This document shows positions 10,275-20,300 of a DNA stretch of 41,066 nt, piece by piece. The stretch spans positions 1 to 41,066 of the forward strand of contig CAZJUB010000018.1 of the NCBI GenBank assembly GCA_964549075.1, read 5' to 3'. The stretch's first letter is position 1; each line of letters begins with the position of its first letter. This DNA comes from an uncultured archaeon. GTDB lineage: Archaea; Asgardarchaeota; Heimdallarchaeia; Heimdallarchaeales; Heimdallarchaeaceae. The position numbers and the translations under genes are program-made. The notes under the pieces were generated by a model that was not told where the DNA came from, ran no database searches, and saw nothing but the letters and a program-made list of their open reading frames with translations.

Positions 10275-10901
10275 ATGTCAGAAACTTCCTCTGGACTGTT
10301 CATATGCTTTGAAGGTATTGATGGTTCTGGAAAAACTACTCATGCCCGTTTAATAGTTGGTTACTTGTGTAGTTTAGGATTTGATGCTGTATATACTACA
10401 GAACCTACACGTTATTCGCTTCCTGGAAGAAAACTTAGAGAGAGCTTTTTTGCACCTGAACGATTGTCTGTTGAGGAAGAATTCACCTTGTTTCTTGAGG
10501 ATAGAAAGATACATCTAAAAGATGAAGTTATCCCTCAACTTAAAGATGGCAAGATTGTCGTAACTGATAGATATTATTTCTCATCAGTTGCTTATCAAGG
10601 ATCAAGAGGTTTAGATTGGAATTATATTTTGAATGAAAATTTAAAAATCTCTCTTGTACCAAATTTAGTTTTACTTCTCGATTTAGATGTTGATGTAGCT
10701 GTATCTCGAATTACTTCTGATAGAGAAGAAGGAGTAAATACCTTTGAGAAGAAAGAAAATCTCCAAAAAGTACGCGATATATATGTCAAACTTGCTGATA
10801 AATATCCAAATCTGATTCATATTTTTAATGTAAATAAACCGATTCCTGAAGTTCAAGAGGATATACAGCAATTTATTGTGGATTTCTTGAGTAATCGATA
10901 A
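10275..10901 (+). CDS. tmk: Thymidylate kinase
   Basis: FICFEGIDGSGKTT P-loop, TEPT and DRYYFSSVAYQG. Confidence 0.95.
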   Translation: MSETSSGLFICFEGIDGSGKTTHARLIVGYLCSLGFDAVYTTEPTRYSLPGRKLRESFFAPERLSVEEEFTLFLEDRKIHLKDEVIPQLKDGKIVVTDRYYFSSVAYQGSRGLDWNYILNENLKISLVPNLVLLLDLDVDVAVSRITSDREEGVNTFEKKENLQKVRDIYVKLADKYPNLIHIFNVNKPIPEVQEDIQQFIVDFLSNR

Positions 10902-10902
10902 T

Positions 10903-11643
10903 CTAATTTCCTAAATAGATTATTGTTAAAATCAAAGCTGTAATAGAGAAGAAGATTATTGATATATCGGGTATTCTAAGTCTCACATTGAGTGCATATG
11001 TGCTTCTTCTCTTAGGCTCAAAGCCTTTCATTACCATTGATTCCGCTAAATCAACCCCTCTATTAATTGCTCCTGAAATTAGCGGTTTTAGCGTTTTCCT
11101 TAAGTTATGAGCTTGTTTTTTTATTTGCCATTTTTTTGCATTTAATCCTTTTATTTTTTTAATTTCATTAATCTCTTTGGCTTCCTTAGTCACCACTGGA
11201 ATAAATTGGTAAATCATTATAATGAACCATACAAATATAGCAGGGAAAAACATTTTTTCTAATGATACTGCAAGCTCGTAAGGTTCAACTGTTAAGAAAT
11301 ACCAAGCTGAAATAAAGTAAATTGCAAAGAATCTTGTTTCAAATATCAGGAAAAAAACATATGGTTTTTCTAATACTGCCGCATAATAAGCTAACAATGT
11401 AGCAATTACAGAGAATATAGATAAAAAGAGAATGGAGTAAACTAGATATTTTATCTTTATTTTTGCAATAATTACTAATATTAATGAAAGGTATGTTATA
11501 CTAACGAGAAAATAGAGGTTGCTAGAATAAAGAACTCCTATTGTGACAAATAAGAGAAAAATCCCTTTAGTTCTTGGATCAAGAATTACTTCTCTTTGGA
11601 ATTTTCTTGATTTCTCATCATAAATTATATTTGTTGCTGTAAT
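10903..11643 (-). CDS. ecfT: ECF transporter transmembrane subunit EcfT (CbiQ-like), with probable ATT start
   Basis: The frame stays open upstream of the track's TTG (11397) and encodes ...VILDPRTKGIFLLF plus further TM helices. The C-terminus has the coupling helices (FIPVV...KG; LAESMVMKGF). An ATT at 11643 lies 7 nt downstream of GGAGG. Confidence 0.8.
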   Translation of the reverse strand: MTATNIIYDEKSRKFQREVILDPRTKGIFLLFVTIGVLYSSNLYFLVSITYLSLILVIIAKIKIKYLVYSILFLSIFSVIATLLAYYAAVLEKPYVFFLIFETRFFAIYFISAWYFLTVEPYELAVSLEKMFFPAIFVWFIIMIYQFIPVVTKEAKEINEIKKIKGLNAKKWQIKKQAHNLRKTLKPLISGAINRGVDLAESMVMKGFEPKRRSTYALNVRLRIPDISIIFFSITALILTIIYLGN

Positions 11644-13139
11644 TAATTTCCCTCCTGTAGATTCTTTGTGTCTAGAGATTTTTCAATAAATAGATTTTTG
11701 AATTGATTAGTATCCAAAATTGCTGAAATATTCCCTTTTTCTAGGTGAAAAACAATGTCTGCAATCTCTCCTAACCACTTCCAATCGTGAGATATGATTA
11801 CTAAAGTTTTATTCATCTCACTCAATTCAACTATTTTTTTATGTATCCAATTCTTATTTTGTGTATCCATTCCTGCTGTGATTTCATCAATTAGAACAAT
11901 TTCTGGTTGATGTTGGGTAGCTGAAAGAAAAGCTAGTCTTCTTTTTTCTCCAAATGAAAGAGAATGGGGATTATAATTCTCATACCCCTCTAATCCACAT
12001 TCTTCGAGTTTCAAAGAAATCTCATCTGAGATTATGTTTCTTTCCAGATTCTCAGAAATTAGATTTATCTCATCTTTTACAGTTTCTTCAAAAAATTGTT
12101 TATCTGGATCTTGGAAAACGACTCCTATTTTTTTGGTCAATTCATTCCACGGTAGATTCTTAATTGTTTTACCATCGATACTTATCTCTCCAGATTGAGG
12201 TTCTATCAAACCACATAGTAACTTAAGGAGTGTAGTTTTTCCAGAACCATTATCACCAATAATTCCAATGACTTTTCCTCTCTCTATAGCAAATGAAATG
12301 TTCTCTAACTGAAAATTACTTGAGTATTTAAAATTCAGTTTTTTTACTTCAATAATCTTATCATTCACTCTTTCTGTGTACTCTTTCTTTTTGAATTTAT
12401 GCAGATTCTTTTCATGATCAATTCTTATCCGTTTCTTATCAACAGTTTTTATTTTGAAATCTTCACTGATACTTCCTGTTGTTAGTTTTATCAATCTTGA
12501 AGCAAGGGGTAAATATGATTCATACTCATGTGCTGTAATGATTATAGTAGCTCCGGATTTGTGGTAGTTTTCAAACTTTGATAAGATGAGTTCTCTGTTT
12601 ATACGGTCAAGATTAGCCAAAGGTTCATCTGCGATAATTACATAAGAATTATTAATTGTAGCACTGGCAAAAGAAACTAATTGTCTTTCACCTTCTGATA
12701 AGTTGTGAATTTTTCTTACTAAAATGTCTTCAATATTTAATCCTGATGAATGTGTCATAATTTTAGGTCCAATGTCAATGTTGTTTAATTTCCTAGAATA
12801 TTCCAAAGGAAAAGCAAGCTCACTAAATGTGTATGGTGTTGCAAAAGAGTTGCTGATTCTTTGTGAAATATAACCTAATTTTCTAGAGTGATTTGCAAGA
12901 TGAAGGGTTGAGATATCTTCCCCTTGAAAAAGAACCTTTCCACTACTCTCCCCTGAATAAAAAAAAGGAATAAGACCTAAAATAGAATATAATAGCGTAC
13001 TTTTGCCAGAACCACTGAAGCCTGTAATTATAATAAATTCTCCTTGTGAGATTGATAAATTAATATCGCATAAAGCTGGTTTTTTTCTCATGAAATATTT
13101 AAAGGTATAATCGGAAAATGAAATGAAGGAATCTTTCAA
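11643..13139 (-). CDS. ecfA: ECF transporter ATPase with fused double NBD (EcfA-A')
   Basis: Two NBDs: GFSGSGKS/LSEGERQ/IIADEP and GDNGSGKT/VFQDPDKQFF/LSFGEKRR/LIDE/ISHD. TTG at 13139 is preceded by GGAGG. Confidence 0.9.
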   Translation of the reverse strand: MKDSFISFSDYTFKYFMRKKPALCDINLSISQGEFIIITGFSGSGKSTLLYSILGLIPFFYSGESSGKVLFQGEDISTLHLANHSRKLGYISQRISNSFATPYTFSELAFPLEYSRKLNNIDIGPKIMTHSSGLNIEDILVRKIHNLSEGERQLVSFASATINNSYVIIADEPLANLDRINRELILSKFENYHKSGATIIITAHEYESYLPLASRLIKLTTGSISEDFKIKTVDKKRIRIDHEKNLHKFKKKEYTERVNDKIIEVKKLNFKYSSNFQLENISFAIERGKVIGIIGDNGSGKTTLLKLLCGLIEPQSGEISIDGKTIKNLPWNELTKKIGVVFQDPDKQFFEETVKDEINLISENLERNIISDEISLKLEECGLEGYENYNPHSLSFGEKRRLAFLSATQHQPEIVLIDEITAGMDTQNKNWIHKKIVELSEMNKTLVIISHDWKWLGEIADIVFHLEKGNISAILDTNQFKNLFIEKSLDTKNLQEGN

Positions 13140-13162
13140 TTTGTTTCCTCCAGCAAACAATT

Positions 13163-14173
13163 TTAAGCTTGCTTTATTTCCTCCATAATGATTTGTGAAA
13201 ATAAATCAAGCAATTCGTCCTTGTCGGAAGGTAATTTTTGAGTAGGTAACAGATTTATACCTGCAGCTGTCGAGTGTCCTCCACCAGATCCAGGAAAAAT
13301 CCTAGTAAATTTGTTTGCAATATCTCCAAGATTAATTTTATTTTGTTCTGCGAAAAAATCCGTACATCTCATACTAATTCTTATTTCATTATCAGGTTGA
13401 ACTGCTACAGTTAATGCGAAATCAGCTCCTAAATTTATTAATGCTCTTGCTAACGAAGACTCAAAACTACTAATATATGATAAAGTGAAAATATAGTTAT
13501 TTATTTTGTAAAATTTAATGCGTGTTGCACCTTTGATTCTAGCTACTTTTTCTGAAACTTGCATTGGTTTGTGAAGAATGTCTAATGCTTCCTCATAATT
13601 ACCTTCACAATCTAAAAGATGCTGTACAACTTTGAAAGTATATTCAGATCTGTGTCTAAATCTTTTTGTATCAAAAATAATGCCAATTAGTAATATTGTT
13701 GCTAAATCAGACGTAATTGGAACATTCAAATCTTTGAATAACTTCGATAAAATTTCTGAAGTAGATGATACCTGATGTATAATTGCTACTCTGGCTTTTT
13801 CGGAGAATTCATGATGTGAGTGATGGTCTATAATAAACACTGGAATTTGTTCCAAAAAGTCATCCTCAAAATCAAAGGAACCTACTTGAATTAAGTTGTT
13901 TGCATCACATAAAAAAATGGCTTCTAATGGCTTATTAAGCAGTTTTGCATGGAACAGTTCATTTTTTATTGATAACATGTTTTTAGAAAGATTGCTTATT
14001 GAGTGTGCAAACAAATCTACTGATAAAGAAGGGATATAGTGTAATAATAATTCTTTCACTCCTATTGCACATGCAATTGAATCTGGATCTGCATTTTGAT
14101 GAGCAAAAATTCCTACATTTGAGATATTTTCAGTTTTCAGTATAGTGATTATTTTCATGAACTCTTCATCCAT
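13163..14173 (-). CDS. DHH/DHHA1 phosphoesterase (NrnA/RecJ-like)
   Basis: HQNADPDSIAC, IIDHH, GIIFDT and GSGGGHSTAAG. Confidence 0.92.
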   Translation of the reverse strand: MDEEFMKIITILKTENISNVGIFAHQNADPDSIACAIGVKELLLHYIPSLSVDLFAHSISNLSKNMLSIKNELFHAKLLNKPLEAIFLCDANNLIQVGSFDFEDDFLEQIPVFIIDHHSHHEFSEKARVAIIHQVSSTSEILSKLFKDLNVPITSDLATILLIGIIFDTKRFRHRSEYTFKVVQHLLDCEGNYEEALDILHKPMQVSEKVARIKGATRIKFYKINNYIFTLSYISSFESSLARALINLGADFALTVAVQPDNEIRISMRCTDFFAEQNKINLGDIANKFTRIFPGSGGGHSTAAGINLLPTQKLPSDKDELLDLFSQIIMEEIKQA

Positions 14174-14460
14174 TCTAGCTCCTCCTTTAAAGCTGATTGA
14201 CTATATTTGAATATTTCAGATTGAAACTCTTCGAGCTGTTGAGTTGTCAAACCACCTGAAATCTCACTATCCAGCACCAAAGTTAGAATCTTATTAGTAT
14301 CTTGATTCAAATCTATAATAATACTAAAATCAGCTAACAGTTGCCAATATTTGTGTTGTTGGATAAAAGAATATACTTTATTTTCTAAAGACGAAGCTAA
14401 ATCTTCTAATTGTTCATCAGTTAAGAAACCGATTCCAATATCTTCTATCTCAAATGACAT
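14155..14460 (-). CDS. Small acidic archaeal protein, DUF3194-like
   Basis: 101 aa with an LTDEQLEDLA N-terminus. It lies between prefoldin beta and DHH, a gene order conserved in archaea. Confidence 0.6.
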   Translation of the reverse strand: MSFEIEDIGIGFLTDEQLEDLASSLENKVYSFIQQHKYWQLLADFSIIIDLNQDTNKILTLVLDSEISGGLTTQQLEEFQSEIFKYSQSALKEELEWMKSS

Positions 14461-14480
14461 GATCTTCTATCTCAAATGAC
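14440..14480. repeat. 19-bp direct repeat (ATCTTCTATCTCAAATGAC x2, period 22)
   Basis: Identical copies at 14440-14458 and 14462-14480, straddling the start codon of the DUF3194-like gene. Confidence 0.9.
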
Positions 14481-14500
14481 GAGAAATATAAATTAGGAAA

Positions 14501-14842
14501 TTATTGTTTTCCCATTAGTTTATCCTGTAACTCTTTAACAGTAGCAACTAGTTTCTTCTCTCTATTGGTTAATGAAGAGACTTTAACTTCATTTTTTTCT
14601 TGTTGTTCTTCTAGTCGTTTCTTTGCATCTTCAACATTAGTCTGAAAAAGTAATCTTCCTGCTGAACGGTAAATCAATGTTGAAGCATCCATATCTTTTA
14701 ACTCCTTTAAAGCAATTTCTGTATCTCGTTTTTCTAATTCTAATTGTTGAAGATTCATTCGAATGACTTCTAATTGCTGTATTAGCTGATTAAAACGCTG
14801 AAGATCTTCTTGTTGTTCTGGACTTAATTGTGGTGCGGACAT
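14501..14842 (-). CDS. pfdB: Prefoldin beta subunit
   Basis: Two coiled-coil helices around the beta-hairpin IYRSAGRLLFQ, and an LSPEQQEDL...QQL N-terminus. Confidence 0.92.
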   Translation of the reverse strand: MSAPQLSPEQQEDLQRFNQLIQQLEVIRMNLQQLELEKRDTEIALKELKDMDASTLIYRSAGRLLFQTNVEDAKKRLEEQQEKNEVKVSSLTNREKKLVATVKELQDKLMGKQ

Positions 14843-14919
14843 TTATATTTCCTCTTGGTTTATTATTGATTTACGCGTGAGTTTAATCAAATAAATGTTT
14901 TGATGTAAAAGAATCAATT

Positions 14920-14971
14920 GTAAAAGAAAGCAAATAAGAAAAAATTAGAAAGAAAAAGAAAAGGGAAGAAA
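14920..14971 (-). terminator. U-rich archaeal terminator downstream of actin
   Basis: Long T/C-rich tract on the - strand (TTCTTCCCTTTTCTTTTTCTTTCTAATTTTTTC) directly after the actin stop codon. Confidence 0.55.
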
Positions 14972-14973
14972 TC

Positions 14974-16110
14974 CTATATACAGCGGTAGACTGAGGTTGG
15001 TCCAACTTCTCTGTATTCTTTGCGGGTAACCCACAATTTAGCGAATGTCTTAAGAGAACTTAAGATACTTCCACCAATCCATACTGAATATCTTCTTTCT
15101 GGAGGAGCAATAATCTTAACTTCCATTGTCTCTGGGACAAGTTCGGTTAATTCTTTGTGTAAACGTTCCTTAAGACCTGGGAACATTGTAGAACCACCAG
15201 AAAGTACAATATTTGCGTAGAGATCTCTTCTTAGATCGACATCACAGTTTTGAATGGATCTGTAAATCAATTCATCTAATGGATTTTCTTCTGATCCAAT
15301 TGCTCCAGGATTGAAGAACAATTCGGGAGCCATGAATCTTTCGGCACCAATTGTTAGTGTTTCACCATCAGGTAGAGTGTAAGTCTTTTCCATTCCAGAA
15401 ACTTTTTCAGCTAGTTTTAATTCTTTTTCAGGATCTAAGGCTACGTAACATAGACGTTCTTTTATGTCTCGGACGATTTCTCTTTCAGCACTGCTTGAAA
15501 GTGAGTATCCTCTTTGACGTAGGAGTCTGCGGAGATAGTCTGTTACATCACGACCACCAATGTCTGATCTGTGAATAGCATGACTAATGGCGAATCCTTC
15601 ATAAACTGGCACAATGTGTGTAACTCCGTCTCCAGAGTCAACTACTATACCAGTTGTACGACCAGAAGCGTAAAGTGATAAGATAGCCTGCATTGAGATA
15701 TACATTGCAGGAACATTGAATGTGTCAAACATCAATTCTGCCATTTTCTCCTTGTTTTGATTTTTGTTTAATGGAGGTTCTGTTAGAAGTACAGGATGTT
15801 CATTTGGATTAACTCTTAGGTCATTATAGAATGTATAATGCCAAATTCTTTCCATTGCATCCCAATCTTGAACCTGTCCGTGTTCAACTGGATAAACAAG
15901 TTTCAAAACACCACGGAGGTTAATTGCTTCCTCGCCTATGTAGTATTCTCTTACGTAATGCTCTACATCAGTCATAATGATCTGATATTTTGGATAACCA
16001 ATAATTGTTGGGAAAACGCTTCTTGGTTGATCTTCTCCTGCAAAACCATTTTTTGTAAAACCAGTACCATTGTCTATAACTAGCGGTTTATTCTGAATCA
16101 TCTCTTCCAT
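14974..16110 (-). CDS. Asgard actin (conserved Lokiactin type)
   Basis: [84 protein letters not shown] and [16 protein letters not shown], all nearly collinear with eukaryotic actin. ATG at 16110 is preceded by GTGAT. Confidence 0.97.
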   Translation of the reverse strand: MEEMIQNKPLVIDNGTGFTKNGFAGEDQPRSVFPTIIGYPKYQIIMTDVEHYVREYYIGEEAINLRGVLKLVYPVEHGQVQDWDAMERIWHYTFYNDLRVNPNEHPVLLTEPPLNKNQNKEKMAELMFDTFNVPAMYISMQAILSLYASGRTTGIVVDSGDGVTHIVPVYEGFAISHAIHRSDIGGRDVTDYLRRLLRQRGYSLSSSAEREIVRDIKERLCYVALDPEKELKLAEKVSGMEKTYTLPDGETLTIGAERFMAPELFFNPGAIGSEENPLDELIYRSIQNCDVDLRRDLYANIVLSGGSTMFPGLKERLHKELTELVPETMEVKIIAPPERRYSVWIGGSILSSLKTFAKLWVTRKEYREVGPTSVYRCI

Positions 16111-16178
16111 AGTTATCACTTTTACATGTTTTTTTGAATCCAAATTTAGTTATGGTCTTAAGGAAAAATACCTTATCG

Positions 16179-16190
16179 TATTTATTAAGT
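16179..16190 (-). promoter_or_regulatory. Putative TATA box of the actin gene
   Basis: ACTTAATAAATA on the - strand about 70 nt upstream of ATG 16110. Confidence 0.4.
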
Positions 16191-16332
16191 GTTATGATAG
16201 TATAAACGAGATTTTCTATTATCACTATCGTAGCTTTTATAAGTAAAATCTAAAATTCTATCTGTCTTGGCACTCTAGCTCCATCTAGAACATTCGCATT
16301 TTTAGCTCCGATAATTAAAATAGAATAACCTT

Positions 16333-17325
16333 CTAGAGTGAACCATAATATATGAGATAATTGCGTATTTCTTCTTCAGAGAAACCAGCATTTACTCCAA
16401 CAATTATTCTGATTAGATCCATGATTTCTGCTAGCTTAACTTCAAAGAAACCTATGATTGAATCAGCTTGAAAACCTGAAGTATATCTAAATATGTTATT
16501 CCAATGTCTTAGTAGATATCTTTCAACTGCGAATTCTAATTCATGAAGTGGTACATCCATAAATCCAATATATTGAGAAAAAATAGTTGAGTAAGGGGTA
16601 TAATTATATATATCTAACACTTCTTGAATACTAGTAGCTTTTAATCCTTTAGCGATAAAGCTATTTGGTAAGATATAGCGATAAGCTGGAACTTTTAATG
16701 CTATACATCTGCAAAGTGCTAGTATGTTTTTCATATTTACGTATGTCTTGTAATGATTTGATACTTTTAGAAGAACAGTATAAATATATTGATCTATGGT
16801 TGATTCGAGAGTGGTGAATCTGTCTGTTGCTCTATATTCCTCTAAAGCTTTTTTAAGTTCAGATTGAAGTCGAATTTCTTTTTGTACAGCAACGATTTCA
16901 TCTATTGACATATCAATAAGCTTAGTATAATACTCAAATGAATAATCTGCAACTGGGATAAGTCGTGCAATTATTTCTTCTTTAGACATCTTAGTGTGTT
17001 TTCCTTCAAGAATCATGCGAAGATTTTCAGCGTTATATCTTTCACTGAACCATTGAATTTTCCTCCTTACTCGGCTATTTGATTGATTATAAAAATTAAT
17101 TAGAATATCAGCGAAAGAATTTTTTAAACTCCTTGACAAATCTGAGAGTTGTGTTTCAAAATTAAAATTACCTATAATTTTACCATAAGGTGTTTGTGTA
17201 AAAGCTGCTCTTAGCTCTTTGAGATTCTTTGATGACAAAAGTAGTGTTAAATGAGACTTTGTTAGAACTCTACTTATAATACCATGAGCTCTTGCCAGTA
17301 AATAACTTGTGTCACCAATTACCAT
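16333..17325 (-). CDS. atpC: A/V-type ATPase subunit C (homologue of eukaryotic V0 subunit d)
   Basis: SYLLARAHGIISRVLT, TPYG, YNAENLRMIL and C-terminal EIMDLIRIIVG...EEIRNYLI. Translationally coupled to atpI. Confidence 0.85.
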   Translation of the reverse strand: MVIGDTSYLLARAHGIISRVLTKSHLTLLLSSKNLKELRAAFTQTPYGKIIGNFNFETQLSDLSRSLKNSFADILINFYNQSNSRVRRKIQWFSERYNAENLRMILEGKHTKMSKEEIIARLIPVADYSFEYYTKLIDMSIDEIVAVQKEIRLQSELKKALEEYRATDRFTTLESTIDQYIYTVLLKVSNHYKTYVNMKNILALCRCIALKVPAYRYILPNSFIAKGLKATSIQEVLDIYNYTPYSTIFSQYIGFMDVPLHELEFAVERYLLRHWNNIFRYTSGFQADSIIGFFEVKLAEIMDLIRIIVGVNAGFSEEEIRNYLIYYGSL

Positions 17326-17326
17326 G

Positions 17327-20300
17327 TTAACCACCATTTGACGTTATGTATTTTATGAATTTGAGATTTTCAGTTATTGGCTTATACTCTATCCCATCAC
17401 CAGTATAGAATTTTGTGAACCATTCAACCCAGTGAAGTCGCAAGGTATTCAAGAAAGATAACAATCCTTCTAAGGGTATTATAAGTACTAATGCTACTAT
17501 AATTCCAACAATCCACCATATCCAAGAGATACCAAGAGCTGATATGTATCCAGTTTGTGTAAGACTAATTACATTACTGATGTAATGTGGATGTGCTAAA
17601 GTTTGAATAGAACCAGCAACTGTGGGGAATTTTGCTAATAAATCTGCATCTGTAAATGTAAATGGAAGTCCGCTTAAAATAGCATGAACCAATAATAAGG
17701 CCATAAGTCGACTAAACGATAAAGTGTTGGAAACAAGTGCTATAATATGATCAATTGCATCCATTATTCCATCAGATTTTGCGTGCATATATTCTAACAC
17801 AAACACTACAGGAATAAATGCTAATAAATATGTTAACCAAGAAGGCATTTGGTAAAGCGTTATACCAAAGGTTTCCCATTTTATGCCTGTTCCTACAACT
17901 ATGTTATACAAAACAGCAAAGATTCCAATGTAAGCAATTGACAAGGAAAGTGGATTTGCCCATGAAATAATTCCATGTCCATATCTGGCATTTTGATATA
18001 CTTTTAGGAGTACCCCGAGTTGAATCATTAAGAAACCTATTATCAAAGCAACTATTAAGAATAATTTTGTTTCTTCTAATGGATTTATCAATGGCAACCA
18101 ATTAATACCATGTGCATGATAAATCTCGGGAAGAAAATGTTCATCCCCTAGTATTGAACCAAATAAAAATCCAAAAATCATAGATGATAGACCACAAATT
18201 AGAAGAAGTTCAGCACCAGCATACAAATATCCCATTATAGATTCATCCGGTTTGATTCCTTTGTGTTTTTTATTATACACTAAATAAGCTGCAATTAGGG
18301 CTATTAAAAATCCGTGTCCGACATCCGCAAACATAATTCCAAATAAGAACGGAAAAGTAAATCTAATTATTGAATAGGGATCTATTTCTGCTGGATTTGG
18401 GTGTCCAATTCCATTAACTAACCCTCTTACAGCACCAAAAACTTTGCCTTTCTTGGTAATAGCTGGGTTCACAAAAGGTACGTTAGGATTGATTGATAAT
18501 TTCATTTTAAATGGTAAATTTTCTCTATCATTTTCTATTTTTCTTATTGTGGTTTTTGAAGTCCAACCCCATAATGTTGTTATACCCTCAGAAATCTGAC
18601 AATCTTCAACTACACTTAGTCTATAGAGTTCATTTGAAATAAGTTCTTCAGTGGCAAGTAACTTAACTATTATATCTTGTTTAATTTTTTCAAGTTCTCC
18701 GTTCTTATCATCTAAAGCTTTTTCTGTTTCCTTCAATACATTTTTTATTGGTACCTTGCGGTCAAAAGTAATCATATCACTATCTATTTTTTGGAATGAA
18801 TATTCATTTAGTATTCTAGTAACTGCTCCTTCGTACTCATTTAAAGTGATAACTAGAATGTTTTTTTGATTTGAAGTTGAGTCTGATGTTTCAGAATCCC
18901 AAAATATAAGGTTTCCATCCGTGACTTCATTTAGGAAGAATTTAACTGCTTTGAAATGATTTTTTGGTACCGAACCTAAATGTGTAACTGTTTGAAAACC
19001 ACTTTCTAATAATACTTTATCGATCCCCTTTTCTTCAAGACCTTCCTCATACGGTAAAGATAAATGTGTTTGATCTAATTTTCTTCTTAATTTATCTATT
19101 TCTTCAGAAAGTTTCAATACTTTTTCCTCGTTTTTCCTGAAGAAATTTTCAATAAACGCTTTCAGATGTTTATAATCATCAACTATTTGAAATTCTTCTC
19201 TTTGCTCCAAGTCTTTTTCATCAGGCTTAAAGGCATTCTTCAATTTGGAGAGTCGAGATTGATATTCTGTTAATTCTGTTCTTTGTTTATTTAGATTATC
19301 GAGGCTTTCCTTATCTAAAGAACCAACTTTTACAGCTTGAAAATTATTAAGCGCTTGGACATATGAAATTAGACCTCTGGTGTTCTTTTCTTCAGTTTCC
19401 AATTTAACAAACATTGCTTTTTTTGCAAAGAGAAATCCTTCTCCACCTTCTGTGTGAGGTGGATGAGGTATCTGTTTAGTTATTTCTTTTTCTTCTTTTA
19501 CATCAAATGTTTTTACAATAAAGGCTTCTTGTTCTATATCTCGCTCCCTTTTCCTAGCTAATGGAACATCTTCTAGAACACTGATAGTTGTAGTAAAATC
19601 TAAGTTGTGTATTATATTTCTAAACAAGTCAAATTTCTTTGAGTTAACCCACCCCCATATGGTGAAATTCTTAGTATCTGTACGCCCCTTTTCTTCTTTT
19701 GTAAAAATAGCATTTGTTTCAGTAATAATGGTTAGTTTATTAAGTAATTCTGATTTAATTTCTTTAGATAGACTATCTAATTCCTTTTGGATTCCAGATA
19801 TGTCCTTTTGAAGACCTGTATAAAGTTCTGTTATTTTTGTTGTCTTATGATCCTTTTCAATTTCCTTAAAGACATCAAAATCTAATTTAATTTCCTCGAA
19901 GTAATTCTCTTTTAGTAACTCATAAATTTGGTCTTTATACTCATCCAAAGAGATTATAATTATGGCTTTTTTCTTAGTTTCTTCTGCTTCTGAAAACCAG
20001 TAGAGCGCTTTATCTGCTGTTAACTCATGTAAATAGAATGTTATTAGTTCTTCATATTCTCCTGGTATTTCCCCAAAAATTGTGAATGTGGAATTAGTTG
20101 AAGAGAGTAATTCGATTGAGAAATTTTCTTTTTCCATTTTGTCTTGGAAAAGTTTAAGGAGAGAAAGAATTCTACTTTCTTTCTTAAGTTTCTCCATTTT
20201 CTTGTATTTTACTGTGACAACATCTTCATATTTATTTAAAAATGAGTTTAAATTTTCAATGACATTATTTGGTTCTAAAATCAAGTTTTCCTCTTCTTTT

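Noticed and set aside
16111-16143. Apparent 11-aa N-terminal extension of actin from TTG 16143
   Set aside because: ATG 16110 has a well-spaced GTGAT site and gives a normal actin length.
16260-16312. Slightly GC-richer intergenic patch with TAGCTCC twice and a TCTAG/CTAGA mini-hairpin, considered as an ncRNA
   Set aside because: Stem is only 5 bp, with no tRNA, C/D-box or riboswitch pattern.
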